Shown here: piece after piece, positions 17,894-27,474 of the stretch
Layout: each line of letters starts with the position of its first letter
Numbering within the stretch: position 1 is the stretch's first letter
From: Alphaproteobacteria bacterium
GTDB taxonomy: Bacteria > Pseudomonadota > Alphaproteobacteria > JABAAW01
Direction of reading: 5' to 3'
Length of the DNA: 64,000 nucleotides
Assembly: GCA_014237925.1 (NCBI GenBank)
Contig: JABACB010000001.1
Coordinates: 32,374 to 96,373, forward strand
Translations under genes and position numbers: made by a program
The notes under the pieces: model-generated
What the model was told of the DNA's origin: nothing
Seen by the model: only the letters and a program-made list of their open reading frames with translations
Database searches by the model: none

Positions 17894-20296
17894 TTAAAAA
17901 CTTGTTCCGATGTTGAACGAAAAAAACTGAGGCACGTCGCCGCTCGCTTTCGCGATGGTTCTGGCAAAGGTGAACTGCAACGGTCCTATGGGCGTTGTCC
18001 ATAAAATACCTCCGCCCCAGCTCGCGCGCACGGTGTAATCCTCCTCGTAGTTAATATCCTCTGCAAGCGGACTTGGCAAGCTCAAGCCGAAGGGCAGAGC
18101 CGCTTCGATGAAAAGAAAGCCGCGAATCCCCACCTCCTTCGGCAACCCGACAGGAAAACTGAAGTCGAGACTCGTCTTGGCAAAACTGTCGTTGCCGACC
18201 GCCGTGCCAGCGTCTTGGGCCCCGGTGCCGTAGAGCTGAAAGCCTCGGATCTTGTTGCGATAGCGGTCGGTGATGCGCAAGGGTTTTCCCAGCGAGGACA
18301 CATTGCCGATCAGAGCATCGAATTTCAGAATGCTACCCTTGATGAAAGGTTGATAGTAGACATAGCGGGCTTCCGTGCGCACATATTGGCTGGTGGTGCC
18401 GAAGTCGGCGAAGGTTTGGCGAAAACGAAACCACTGTCCCTTGTTCGGATTGGCAGCGTCGTCCAGCGAGCTGTAGGTGAAGGCGTAGCCCGCCGCAAGC
18501 TCGTGACACGGACATCGATCGATGTCGGCTTGCGCGATCGGAGAGAGGAGCACATCGGCATCTTTGATTATGTCGAACTTGTATTGTGCATTCCAGCTGT
18601 TGACCCAATCGCCTCCGATCTCCAGCGCGATTCCTGAATTGACTTGCACCGACAGCTGGCCGTAGGAATCTCCGCTACGCTTCTCTTGGTTGGTGATCGA
18701 AAGGGTTGCCGAGGGATTCAAGGGCTGTCTTCCCAAATAACGCTGCCCGTAGGTGACAGAGGTTTTTTGCGTGTTCTTGCTGAACGTTCCGACGAGATCG
18801 AACTTCTGTCCGCGTCCGCGGAAGTTGCTTTCGCCGAACGAAAATTGTCCGAAGAATTTTTCTTGCGTCGAATATCCTACGCCCGCTTCGATCTTGCCTG
18901 TCGGGCGTTCCTTGACATGGAAGCGAACGATCACGCGCTGCGGGTCCGAGGTTTCCACGATTTCAGGTTCGACCGTCTCGAAGTAGCCGAGCCTTTGCAA
19001 GCGTCGAACGGATTGTCGAATTTTCAAGGTTTGCAGCGCATCGCCGGGGCTCAGAGAGATTTCGCGGCGGATGATGCGTTCCAGCGTATGGCTGTTGCCG
19101 ACGATCTCGATTTGGGCAACCTGCTGCGGAGAGGCGCGCGCGATCGAGAAGGTCAAGTCGGCTTCTCCCTCCTCCGTATCGAGTTGCGGTGCAACCTCGA
19201 TCTTGACGAACAGCAAGCCTTGTTCGCCGAGACGCTCCAGAAGGCGTGTGCGTGCGTTCTCGATGCGCGAGGATCGCAACAGCTTGCCGCGGCGGACTTT
19301 CTGTCGCGTCAGCAGCCGTAGCATCGCCTCCTTGTCGATCTCCTCGATGGGAGTGGTCAGCGTGATGTTGCGCATACGGTAGCGTTTGCCTTCTTCGATC
19401 GACATCGTCAAGACGAAGCTTTTGCGATCTTGAGAAAGCTCGGCACTCGCGCCGACCACGCGCATGCGCGCAAATCCTTGCTCGCGGTAGAAGTTCTCCA
19501 AAACCTGTCGGTCGGCTGCAAAACGCTCCGCCTCGTAGTAGGTGCTACGACCCAAGATGCGGTAGAAGCGCGCTTGGCGCGAATACAGACGCTCCAACAG
19601 CTTGCGACGAGGAAAGGAATCGTTGCCCAAGAAGGTGATGCGGCGAATCTTCGTCCGTTTCCCTTCGTGAATCTCGTAGACCAAATTGACGCGGTTCTCC
19701 TCAAGGCGGATGATGCGCGGGCGGATGCTTGCCGCAAAGCGTCCGTAGCGACGGTACAGCTGTAGAAGCCTTTCCACATCGCGGTTCACGCGCACCTTCG
19801 TCAAGGGTTGCAAAGGAACTAAGCTCGTCTCGCTCTCCAAGATCGCGTCCTTCACAGCCTTGTTTCCCTCGAAGGCGATACGATTGACCACAGGCGCTTC
19901 CTTCACAACGACGACAAGATCCCTGCCGCGACGCAGCAACGCGACATCGTCGAAGCGTCCTGTTGCATGCAGGTTCTTCAACGCCTGATCCATCTTTTCC
20001 TCGTCGAAGCGATCGCCGATGCGAAGCGGGATGTGCAAGACGATGCTGGCGGGATCGCTGCGTTGCGCGCCCTCGATCACGATGTCGCCGATCCGCTGCG
20101 AGCTCCCTACAGACGGAGACGAGGATTGACCCGCAGCCTCCCCGCTCGTGCAAGCGAGCAACACTGGCACCATCGCCCAAGAAAGTACAACGGCTCGCAA
20201 CAAGGCACGCAACGCGATGCTCACGGAACGACGAAGCGAAGAATATCCTGACCGGTCACCCACAACATCAAGGCGAGCAGCATCACGAAACCGCAC
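17894..20296 (-). CDS. bamA: outer membrane protein assembly factor BamA
   Basis: 800 aa with POTRA repeats and a C-terminal Omp85 beta-barrel ending in F. Confidence 0.9.
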   Translation of the reverse strand: MRFRDAARLDVVGDRSGYSSLRRSVSIALRALLRAVVLSWAMVPVLLACTSGEAAGQSSSPSVGSSQRIGDIVIEGAQRSDPASIVLHIPLRIGDRFDEEKMDQALKNLHATGRFDDVALLRRGRDLVVVVKEAPVVNRIAFEGNKAVKDAILESETSLVPLQPLTKVRVNRDVERLLQLYRRYGRFAASIRPRIIRLEENRVNLVYEIHEGKRTKIRRITFLGNDSFPRRKLLERLYSRQARFYRILGRSTYYEAERFAADRQVLENFYREQGFARMRVVGASAELSQDRKSFVLTMSIEEGKRYRMRNITLTTPIEEIDKEAMLRLLTRQKVRRGKLLRSSRIENARTRLLERLGEQGLLFVKIEVAPQLDTEEGEADLTFSIARASPQQVAQIEIVGNSHTLERIIRREISLSPGDALQTLKIRQSVRRLQRLGYFETVEPEIVETSDPQRVIVRFHVKERPTGKIEAGVGYSTQEKFFGQFSFGESNFRGRGQKFDLVGTFSKNTQKTSVTYGQRYLGRQPLNPSATLSITNQEKRSGDSYGQLSVQVNSGIALEIGGDWVNSWNAQYKFDIIKDADVLLSPIAQADIDRCPCHELAAGYAFTYSSLDDAANPNKGQWFRFRQTFADFGTTSQYVRTEARYVYYQPFIKGSILKFDALIGNVSSLGKPLRITDRYRNKIRGFQLYGTGAQDAGTAVGNDSFAKTSLDFSFPVGLPKEVGIRGFLFIEAALPFGLSLPSPLAEDINYEEDYTVRASWGGGILWTTPIGPLQFTFARTIAKASGDVPQFFSFNIGTSF

Positions 20297-21291
20297 ACCG
20301 AGAGCGACTGCTGCACTTTCTCATCCAGCGGCTTGCGGCGCACAAACTCCACGGCGTAGAGCAAAAGATGCCCTCCGTCCAACACGGGCAGAGGGAAAAG
20401 GTTCAGCAGTCCCAAGTTCACCGACAAGATCGCCGTGAAAAAGAAGAAGCTCGACACACCCGCGCGCGCCGCATCGCCCGATATTTTCGCCAACCCCACA
20501 GGACCGCTCAACTCTTTCGTGCTGCGCGTGCCGGAAATCAGCTCCTTGACGGCAAGCAGAATCTCGCGGATCAGACGACCGCATTCCACACTCGCACGCA
20601 ACAAGGCGGGCAAAGGCGACAGACGCTCGATTGCAGAGGGCGCAAGACCGACCCCGATGCGATATCCCCCTCCCTCCTCCGCACGAGGGCGCATACGCAC
20701 GCGCAGCACCTCCGTCTCGCGCAACACCTCCAAGACCAGCATGCGTCCCCCGCTGCCCTCGACGGCGCGCACGAGATCGCCGAAATCGCGCAGATCTTCC
20801 GCATCGATCGCTTGGATACGATCGCCCGCGCGCAACCCCGCCTGTTCGGCGGGCGAGGAGGCGATGACCTCCCCTACCTTCACTCCCTGCTCCTTGTCGC
20901 GTACAGGCGCTCCTTGGGTCGCATAGAGACAAGCCAGCAGCACGACGGCCAGCACAAAGTTTGCCAAAGGTCCCGCCGCGACCACCAGCGTGCGTTGCCA
21001 CAAGGCTTTGTTGATAAAAGCGCCTTCTCGCAGGTCTTCGGGCATCTCCTCGAGCTCTTGGCGGCTCCAGCCCTCCATGCGCACATAGCCCCCCAAAGGG
21101 ACGGCGGAAAGACAAAAGCGAGTCCCGCTCCTGCCTCGCCAGCCGAACAGCACAGGACCGAAGCCGATGGAGAACACCCTCACCGCAACCCCGCACCATC
21201 GCGCTGCTACGTAGTGTCCCATTTCGTGCACGACGACCACGACGACGACCACGACCAAAAAGTAGAGAATGTTTTGCAGAACGGCGAGCAT
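20221..21291 (-). CDS. rseP: RIP site-2 zinc metalloprotease RseP
   Basis: HEMGHY HExxH motif, PDZ domain and multiple TM segments. N-terminus has a poly-Val run from a GTC/GAC repeat. Confidence 0.8.
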   Translation of the reverse strand: MLAVLQNILYFLVVVVVVVVVHEMGHYVAARWCGVAVRVFSIGFGPVLFGWRGRSGTRFCLSAVPLGGYVRMEGWSRQELEEMPEDLREGAFINKALWQRTLVVAAGPLANFVLAVVLLACLYATQGAPVRDKEQGVKVGEVIASSPAEQAGLRAGDRIQAIDAEDLRDFGDLVRAVEGSGGRMLVLEVLRETEVLRVRMRPRAEEGGGYRIGVGLAPSAIERLSPLPALLRASVECGRLIREILLAVKELISGTRSTKELSGPVGLAKISGDAARAGVSSFFFFTAILSVNLGLLNLFPLPVLDGGHLLLYAVEFVRRKPLDEKVQQSLSVCGFVMLLALMLWVTGQDILRFVVP

Positions 21292-21324
21292 GGGATACGA
21301 GCGAAAGGACGGCGAGAAGGGAAC

Positions 21325-22605
21325 TCAGGCTTGTTGCAACGAGGCGGCTTGAACAAGGGGAGGGCTTGACAGCGAAGCGGATACCGTCCTGCGCACAAGC
21401 CGTTCGTTCGCTAGCCTGCGCCCGTAGGCATCGATTGTCAAGACGCGCTCCAGCGAATCGGGACGCTCCAACACCGAGGCATCGTAGCGTTCCATCGTAG
21501 CCCGAACGAGCGGCACGATATCACGAAAGGCGATGCGTTCTTTCAGGAAGGCATCGACGACAACCTCGTTCGCCGCGTTCAACACGATAGGCGCTTGGAC
21601 GCTCGAAAGGCTTTCGCGCGCCAAATCGGGCGCGGGAAAACGATCGCAATCGAGCGGGCGAAAGGTGAGGTTCGTAACAGCTCGCCAGTCGAGCCGTTGC
21701 GTTGTCGCGCGCGTCGACGGCGCGCGATGCGGCCAATGCAGCGCGTGCCAAAGAGGAAGTCGCATGTCGCAGGCGCCGGCGAGGGCGAAGACAGACCCGT
21801 CGCCGTAGACGACCATCCCGTGGACGATCTGCTGCGGATGGACGACGATGTCGATCGCGCGTTCTTCCATTTCGAAAAGCCTCGCCGCTTCGATGACCTC
21901 GAGCGCTTTGTTCATCATCGAAGCCGAGTCGACGGAGATCTTCGCGCCCATGCGAAAATTGGGATGCGCGCAAGCTTGGCGCAGCGTCACGCGCGAGAGC
22001 TCTTCTTCGGACAGATCGAGAAAAGGTCCGCCCGACGCCGTGAGAACGATCTTTTCCACCATGTCTTTCTCGACCTTCTCGCGCTCCAAAATTTGGAAGA
22101 CGGCGTTGTGTTCAGAGTCCGCAGGCACGACAGGGCTGTGGTGTTGTGCGCAAGTATCGAGAAACCACTTGCCTCCGGCGACCACGCATTCCTTGTTGGC
22201 AAGCACCAGCTTCGTTGTGCGGCGTGCGGCTTGGAGCGTCGGCGCCAAGCCGTCGATCCCGCTGATGGCAGCCACCGTCGCCTCGGATGCCATGCTCGCC
22301 GCCTCCAAAACAGCGCTCTCCCCCGCTCCTGCCGCAATGCCGCTCCCCTGCAACGCGCGCCGTAGCGGCTCTAACAAGCGCGCTTCGCTCAACGCGGCGA
22401 AACGCGGACGATGACGACGGCACAAGGCTACCAGCCCGTCCAAGTCCTTTCGCGCGCACAGCGCGACAGTTCGAAAGTTGCCCTGCAAGATCACCTCCAA
22501 GGCGGCGCGTCCGACGCTGCCCGTCGCTCCCAAGACGCTCACCGAGACGGGAGGGGCGACGGGAGGCGTGACGGGAGGCGTGTTCTTATTCGTCTTCCTA
22601 TCCAT
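21325..22605 (-). CDS. dxr: 1-deoxy-D-xylulose 5-phosphate reductoisomerase
   Basis: VLGATGSVG NADPH-binding N-terminus and full Dxr homology. It is the C-terminal 426 aa of a 700-aa run-on ORF. Confidence 0.85.
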   Translation of the reverse strand: MDRKTNKNTPPVTPPVAPPVSVSVLGATGSVGRAALEVILQGNFRTVALCARKDLDGLVALCRRHRPRFAALSEARLLEPLRRALQGSGIAAGAGESAVLEAASMASEATVAAISGIDGLAPTLQAARRTTKLVLANKECVVAGGKWFLDTCAQHHSPVVPADSEHNAVFQILEREKVEKDMVEKIVLTASGGPFLDLSEEELSRVTLRQACAHPNFRMGAKISVDSASMMNKALEVIEAARLFEMEERAIDIVVHPQQIVHGMVVYGDGSVFALAGACDMRLPLWHALHWPHRAPSTRATTQRLDWRAVTNLTFRPLDCDRFPAPDLARESLSSVQAPIVLNAANEVVVDAFLKERIAFRDIVPLVRATMERYDASVLERPDSLERVLTIDAYGRRLANERLVRRTVSASLSSPPLVQAASLQQA

Positions 22606-22622
22606 AGCAGAAGAAGCTTTTG

Positions 22623-23441
22623 TCAGAAGAAGTCCCACAGCGCGAGCGCGATCCACGCCACAGGCACGGCGCAGAACATGCTGTCGATGCGGTCTAAGAT
22701 ACCGCCGTGTCCTGGCAGCAGAGAACCCGTATCCTTCACGCCGACAAGCCGCTTGAGCTGCGACAAGGTGAGGTCTCCCAGCTGCGCGCTCGCGCCTGCG
22801 AGCAGGCTTGCAACGACGGCAAACAGCACACGGTCGTGGTTTGCCGGAGAGGATGCCAGCAACCATAATGTTCCGAACAAGCCCGCAGCAGCCAAACCGC
22901 ACAGCAACCCTGCCCAGCGTTTGTCGGGACTGACGCTGACCCACAGCTTCGGTCCGCGCAAGGCTTTTCCCCCTAGCATCGCCGCCATGTCGAAGGCGAC
23001 GACGACGACGATCACCCATCCCAATCCTGCAACGCCGAAGCGGTTGTGCAAGTCGACGAAGCCCACGCCCAGCATGGCGAGGCAGAAAAGTCCCACGAGG
23101 TTGTGCAGCCCGCCGTTGCGCGACAGCAGCAACGAGACGGGGAGAAACAGCAGCAGCAAGAGCAAACACGCCACCCCCAGCACGGGATAGGCGAGAAGGA
23201 CGAGCGGCAGGCTCACGAGCAAGCCCTTCGAACGACGCTCCTCTTCGCGCGGCGCGAGATGCGCCCACTCGTGCGCGGACAGCAGCAACACGACGAGCGT
23301 TGCGGGAAGCAACAAAACACGGGCGAAGAGCAGAAGCGCAAAGACGAAGACGAGCAGGGCGAGAGCAGTCGTTGCGCGCAAAAGCCGCGGATCCGCTTCT
23401 GCGATCGTTGTTCTGAAGGCGCGCCATCGCCGCATCGTCAA
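22623..23441 (-). CDS. cdsA: phosphatidate cytidylyltransferase
   Basis: Multi-TM protein with a C-terminal GHGGILDRIDS CTP-transferase motif. Confidence 0.8.
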   Translation of the reverse strand: MTMRRWRAFRTTIAEADPRLLRATTALALLVFVFALLLFARVLLLPATLVVLLLSAHEWAHLAPREEERRSKGLLVSLPLVLLAYPVLGVACLLLLLLFLPVSLLLSRNGGLHNLVGLFCLAMLGVGFVDLHNRFGVAGLGWVIVVVVAFDMAAMLGGKALRGPKLWVSVSPDKRWAGLLCGLAAAGLFGTLWLLASSPANHDRVLFAVVASLLAGASAQLGDLTLSQLKRLVGVKDTGSLLPGHGGILDRIDSMFCAVPVAWIALALWDFF

Positions 23442-23452
23442 GGTTCCTCTCT

Positions 23453-23608
23453 CTTGTAAATTTTCTTGTGTAAATTTTCTTGTGTAGATTCTTTTATGTA
23501 GATTATTTTGTGTAGATTTTTTTGTGTAGATTCTTTTGCGTAGATTTTCTTGTGTAGATTTTCTTGTGTAGATTTTCTTGTGTAGATTTTTTTGTGTAGA
23601 TTTTTTTG
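23453..23608. repeat. largest array: roughly 15-bp unit tgtgtagattttctt x about 10 (variants tgtaaattttctt, tgtagatttttt)
   Basis: Direct reading between the cdsA start and the uppS stop. Confidence 0.9.
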
Positions 23609-23627
23609 TTGGCTCTTGTGGTTCAGC

Positions 23628-24539
23628 TCAAAGTGAGGCGCGGCTGTCGTTCGCGCCGAAACGTCGTTCGCGTCTGGCGAAGGCTTCCAGCATGCTCTCC
23701 AAGTGTTGTGCGTCGAAGTCGGGCCAAGGGCAATCGGTAAACATCAACTCGCTGTAGGCGCACTGCCACAGCAGGAAGTTGCTGATGCGCTGTTCGCCGC
23801 CGGTGCGGATCAACAGGTCGGGGTCGGGAAAGAATGCCGTATCGAGAGCCGCTGCAACATGCTGCTCGGTCAGCGCTTCCGCTCGCTCGCCCCCCTCCAG
23901 ACAGCGCGCGACCAGCCTGCGCGTCGCCCTTACAATATCGTCTCTGCCGCCGTAGTTCAGCGCGAGTCCCAAATGCAGAAATCCTTTGTTCTCGTCGTTC
24001 TCGTCGTTCTCGCCCTGAGCTCTCTCGCTGTCCTTGCCGTTGCTGCTGCTGTTGCCGTTGTTTGCGTGCGATGCTTGTGATGCTTGTGATTCGCGCTCCA
24101 AGTCGTCCAAGTGCGCGACCAGCGAGGGGGGCAGGCGTGTCTTGTCGCCGAAGACCGAAAGCCGTACCCGTCGGTCGTCCAAGAACGACCTGCGGTTGCG
24201 TACAAGGTATTGCTCCAACAGCTTCATCAAGCCCTGCACCTCCTCCTCCGAGCGCCGCCAATTCTCGCTAGAGAAGGCGAACAGGGTCAAGTAAGGAATG
24301 CCCTTCTTGAGAACGCAGTCCAAGATTTTTTCCGCCGCGCGCGCTCCCGCTTTGTGTCCCTCCAGCCTCGTTTTTCCTCGCGCCTTCGCCCATCGTCCGT
24401 TGCCGTCCATGATGATCGCCAAGTGGCGCGGCACAGAAAAGGGACGAAGAAGGCGGGCGACAGGGTGCTCGCGCACCGCCTCGACCGAAGCGGAGGAGGG
24501 AACGGAGCGTAGATTCGAGACGGAAAAACGCGACAGCAT
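23628..24539 (-). CDS. uppS: undecaprenyl-diphosphate synthase
   Basis: HLAIIMDGNGRWA and FSSENW motifs. Start overlaps the frr stop (TGATG). Internal low-complexity insertion QASQASHANNGNSSSNGKDSERAQGENDENDEN. Confidence 0.85.
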   Translation of the reverse strand: MLSRFSVSNLRSVPSSASVEAVREHPVARLLRPFSVPRHLAIIMDGNGRWAKARGKTRLEGHKAGARAAEKILDCVLKKGIPYLTLFAFSSENWRRSEEEVQGLMKLLEQYLVRNRRSFLDDRRVRLSVFGDKTRLPPSLVAHLDDLERESQASQASHANNGNSSSNGKDSERAQGENDENDENKGFLHLGLALNYGGRDDIVRATRRLVARCLEGGERAEALTEQHVAAALDTAFFPDPDLLIRTGGEQRISNFLLWQCAYSELMFTDCPWPDFDAQHLESMLEAFARRERRFGANDSRASL

Positions 24540-25102
24540 CACGGCGTCGCAATGATACGTTCTTTGTCGCGCAGTGCCTCGTCGATCTTGGCGATGTGAT
24601 TGTCGGTCACCTTCTGTACCAAGTCGCAATAACGCTGCGCCTCGTCCTGCGAGACGGCTTTCTCCTTTTCCTGCTTGCGCACCGAATCGATCGCATCGCG
24701 CCGTATGTTGCGCACCGCGATGCGCGCTTCCTCCGCGTAGCGCGCCGCCATCTTTGCCAAGTCTTGCCTCCGCTCGGCACTCGGGCTCGGCAAGTGCAGG
24801 CGAATCACAGCACCTTCCGTTTGCGGCGTCAGTCCCAAGTTCGATTCGTTGATCGCTTTCTCCACCGCAGAAACGACGCCGCTGTCCCAAACCTGAATGC
24901 TCAATGTGCGCGCGTCGACAACGGTGACACTCGCCAGCTGTTCCAACGGCTGCGTCGCATCGCCGTAGGCGCGCACGCTCAAGGGTGTCACCAACGAGGT
25001 CGCAGCGCGTCCGGCACGCAAGCCTGCAAACTCTTTCGCCAACACCTCCAGGGCGCCGTCCATGCGTTTTTCATACTCTTTCGTCGAGAACTCTGATGCC
25101 AT
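24539..25102 (-). CDS. frr: ribosome recycling factor
   Basis: 187 aa, full Frr homology. Confidence 0.9.
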   Translation of the reverse strand: MASEFSTKEYEKRMDGALEVLAKEFAGLRAGRAATSLVTPLSVRAYGDATQPLEQLASVTVVDARTLSIQVWDSGVVSAVEKAINESNLGLTPQTEGAVIRLHLPSPSAERRQDLAKMAARYAEEARIAVRNIRRDAIDSVRKQEKEKAVSQDEAQRYCDLVQKVTDNHIAKIDEALRDKERIIATP

Positions 25103-25127
25103 CGTCGTTTCCTCCTGCTTGCAATGC

Positions 25128-25220
25128 GATAGTCTACGGAAGGGAATAGTCTACAAAAATAGTCTACAAGAATAGTCTACAAGAATAGTCTACAAGAAAA
25201 GTCTGCAAGAATAGTCTACG
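25128..25220. repeat. tandem repeat, 13-bp unit aatagtctacaag x6–7 between frr and tsf
   Basis: Direct reading. It occupies the slot where pyrH usually lies. Confidence 0.9.
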
Positions 25221-25268
25221 CTCGGTTCTGGGCTCAGCCTCGGGGTCAGCTCCAGATCAGCACTGGGT

Positions 25269-26222
25269 TCAGCCTTGTTCTCCGAGCGCGATACGAAGGA
25301 ATCCTGCCACACGCACGGGCGAGCTTGTGCTACCCGCCTCTGCGAGCATCGATGCGATCGATCGTGTCTCATCGAGAACATAACGTTGTTCGTCCAAGAC
25401 GACGCTACGGAAAAACTTCTCCAAGCGTCCTTGAACGATCTTTTCCAAGACGTCGTCTGTGGGGATACTTTTTGCGGATGCCCCCTTCGCGTCGGGGTTT
25501 CGCGCCTGCTCTCGCAGGATTTCTTCTTCTTGCTGCAGCGTCTCTGCGGGCAGGTCTGCGCGCGACACCACCAGTGGTTTGGCTGCTGCGATATGCATCG
25601 CCAGGGCTTTGCCCGTCTCCTCCAGCGCCTCGTTCGTAGCTTCTTCCGCTTCGAGCGCGAGCGCAACGCCGAGCGTTCCCATAGAAACTTCTGCACAAGG
25701 TTCGTGCGAAGATTCTTGTGTAGCAAAATCCTCCGCGAGGATGCGTCCGTGCGTGTAGGTTGCAACGATTCCCCGCTCGCCGTTCAGGTAGGCGCATCGC
25801 CTGAAGCGCATGTTTTCGCCGATCGTCCCGATGAGGCTTTGCAACGCCTGCTCGACGCTCTCTTCTGCCTCAAACGGAGTTGCCAGCAATGTCTCCACAT
25901 CGTGCGCCTGCACCGCAAGCGCGCGCAACGCGGCTTTGTGCAGGAAGGTTTGGAACGAGGGGTTGCGGGCGACAAAATCGGTTTCGGCGTTCAGCTCCAA
26001 GACGACCGCAGCCCTCTTCTGCCGAGTGGCAACCGCCACCAACCCTTGATCGGTTGCACGCGACGCTTTCGCTTGCGCTCCCGCAAGTCCCTTCTTGCGT
26101 AGCCACGCCTTCGCGGTGATGACATCGCCGTCGCTTTCTTGCAGCGCACGTTTGCAATCCATCATGCCGGCGCTCGTCTCCATGCGCAGGCTCCTCACAA
26201 GCGATGCCGCAATCTCAGCCAT
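25269..26222 (-). CDS. tsf: elongation factor Ts
   Basis: UBA-like N-terminus MAEIAASLVRSLR...MMDCKRAL. The start overlaps the rpsB stop by 8 nt. Confidence 0.85.
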   Translation of the reverse strand: MAEIAASLVRSLRMETSAGMMDCKRALQESDGDVITAKAWLRKKGLAGAQAKASRATDQGLVAVATRQKRAAVVLELNAETDFVARNPSFQTFLHKAALRALAVQAHDVETLLATPFEAEESVEQALQSLIGTIGENMRFRRCAYLNGERGIVATYTHGRILAEDFATQESSHEPCAEVSMGTLGVALALEAEEATNEALEETGKALAMHIAAAKPLVVSRADLPAETLQQEEEILREQARNPDAKGASAKSIPTDDVLEKIVQGRLEKFFRSVVLDEQRYVLDETRSIASMLAEAGSTSSPVRVAGFLRIALGEQG

Positions 26223-27279
26223 CTTTTGCGTTGCCCTGTTTTGTTTCGTCCTGTTTCGTATCCTGCTTCGTGTCCCGTTTGGCATCGTCCTGCTTGGCAT
26301 CTTTGGCGGGTTTCGCTGCGAGAGCATCTTTTCCTTCTGCTTTGTTTTCATCGGTCTTTGTTCTTTTCGCCTTCTTTTTCACGACGGTGATCTTCTTCGC
26401 CTCAGTTTTGTCTGGGTGGGGCTTCGCATCCGTTTTTTTGTTTCTGTCGTCTTTTCTTCTTTTGGCATCGGCGGTGTTCGCGGCGACTTTGTTTTTGTCT
26501 CCCTTGCGCGTCTCTTTTTGCGCGTCTGCCTCCGTGTTGGCAACGAGTGCTGCGTCTTGTTCGGGTTTTTGTTCCTTCCTTGCCAGCATCGCCTCGCGTC
26601 CGCTGGAGGCGGCGTGCAAGAGCAACGAGAGGTAGAAGGCAAGCGATCGCGCAGCGTCGTCGTTGCCCGGGATGGGATAGGCGATTCCGTCGGGGTTCGA
26701 GTTGCTGTCCAAGACGGCGGCGATCGGAATGGAAAGGTTGTGCGCCTCCTTGACGGCGGTCGCCTCCTTGTTCGTGTCGATGACGAACATCAGATCGGGC
26801 AACGTGCTCATCTCGCGGATGCCGCCGAGCGCACGCTCGATCTTGTTTCTGCGTCGCGTCAGGCTGAGTTTTTCTTTTTTCGTCAGCCCCTCCAGCGCGT
26901 CGTCCTTTTCCAGGCGCTCGTCGAGGGTTTTGAGCGAATCGATCGACTTCGAAACGGTCTGCCAGTTCGTCAGCGTTCCGCCCAGCCAGCGGCGATTGAT
27001 GTAGTACTGCCCGCAGGCTTGCGCCGTCTCGGCGACGATGTTTTGCGCTTGGTTCTTCGTGCCGACGATCAGAACCTTGCCGCCGTGCGCAACGACCGTG
27101 CGCACGGCTCTCAGCGCTTCGCGCAAGAGGCGCGCGCTCTGCTCCAAGTCGATGATGTGGACACCGTTGCGCTGTCCGAAGATCCACGGCAACATCTTCG
27201 GATTGCAACGCCTCGTCGTATGACCGAAGTGCATGCCCGCCTCCACCATTTGGCGCATCGTGAAAGGTGCGTCGTCCAT
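26215..27279 (-). CDS. rpsB: 30S ribosomal protein S2 with roughly 100-aa K/D/T-rich C-terminal extension
   Basis: MRQMVEAGMHFGH N-terminus and a conserved S2 core. The tail (KDDRNKKTDAKPHPDK...DTKQDTKQDETKQ) is encoded by short tandem repeats. Confidence 0.85.
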   Translation of the reverse strand: MDDAPFTMRQMVEAGMHFGHTTRRCNPKMLPWIFGQRNGVHIIDLEQSARLLREALRAVRTVVAHGGKVLIVGTKNQAQNIVAETAQACGQYYINRRWLGGTLTNWQTVSKSIDSLKTLDERLEKDDALEGLTKKEKLSLTRRRNKIERALGGIREMSTLPDLMFVIDTNKEATAVKEAHNLSIPIAAVLDSNSNPDGIAYPIPGNDDAARSLAFYLSLLLHAASSGREAMLARKEQKPEQDAALVANTEADAQKETRKGDKNKVAANTADAKRRKDDRNKKTDAKPHPDKTEAKKITVVKKKAKRTKTDENKAEGKDALAAKPAKDAKQDDAKRDTKQDTKQDETKQGNAKDG

Positions 27280-27474
27280 GTTCTCTTTTCGTTCTTGCAC
27301 TCCGCTTATTCCGCCACAAAAGAGGTTTGCACACGCACGCCACCCCACGACGCTCGCTCGAGCGAACGCAGGGTGCGTTTTTTCTGCGTGTGTCGTCGTC
27401 TTGTCAAGGACCCTAGCCCACTGCTACGGAGAAAACAAGCGCGCCAAGAAGCAAGAAGCAAGAAGCAAGCGGCG

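Noticed and set aside
23453-23608. CRISPR array, considered because of about 10 regular repeats
   Set aside because: The units are contiguous with no unique spacers, are only about 15 bp long, and there are no cas genes. This is a microsatellite-type tandem array.
27360-27392. Plus-strand hairpin plus T6 (AACGCA-ggg-TGCGTT-TTTTTT) resembling an intrinsic terminator
   Set aside because: All local genes are on the minus strand. It is more likely part of the rpsB 5' leader than a functional terminator, so I did not call it.
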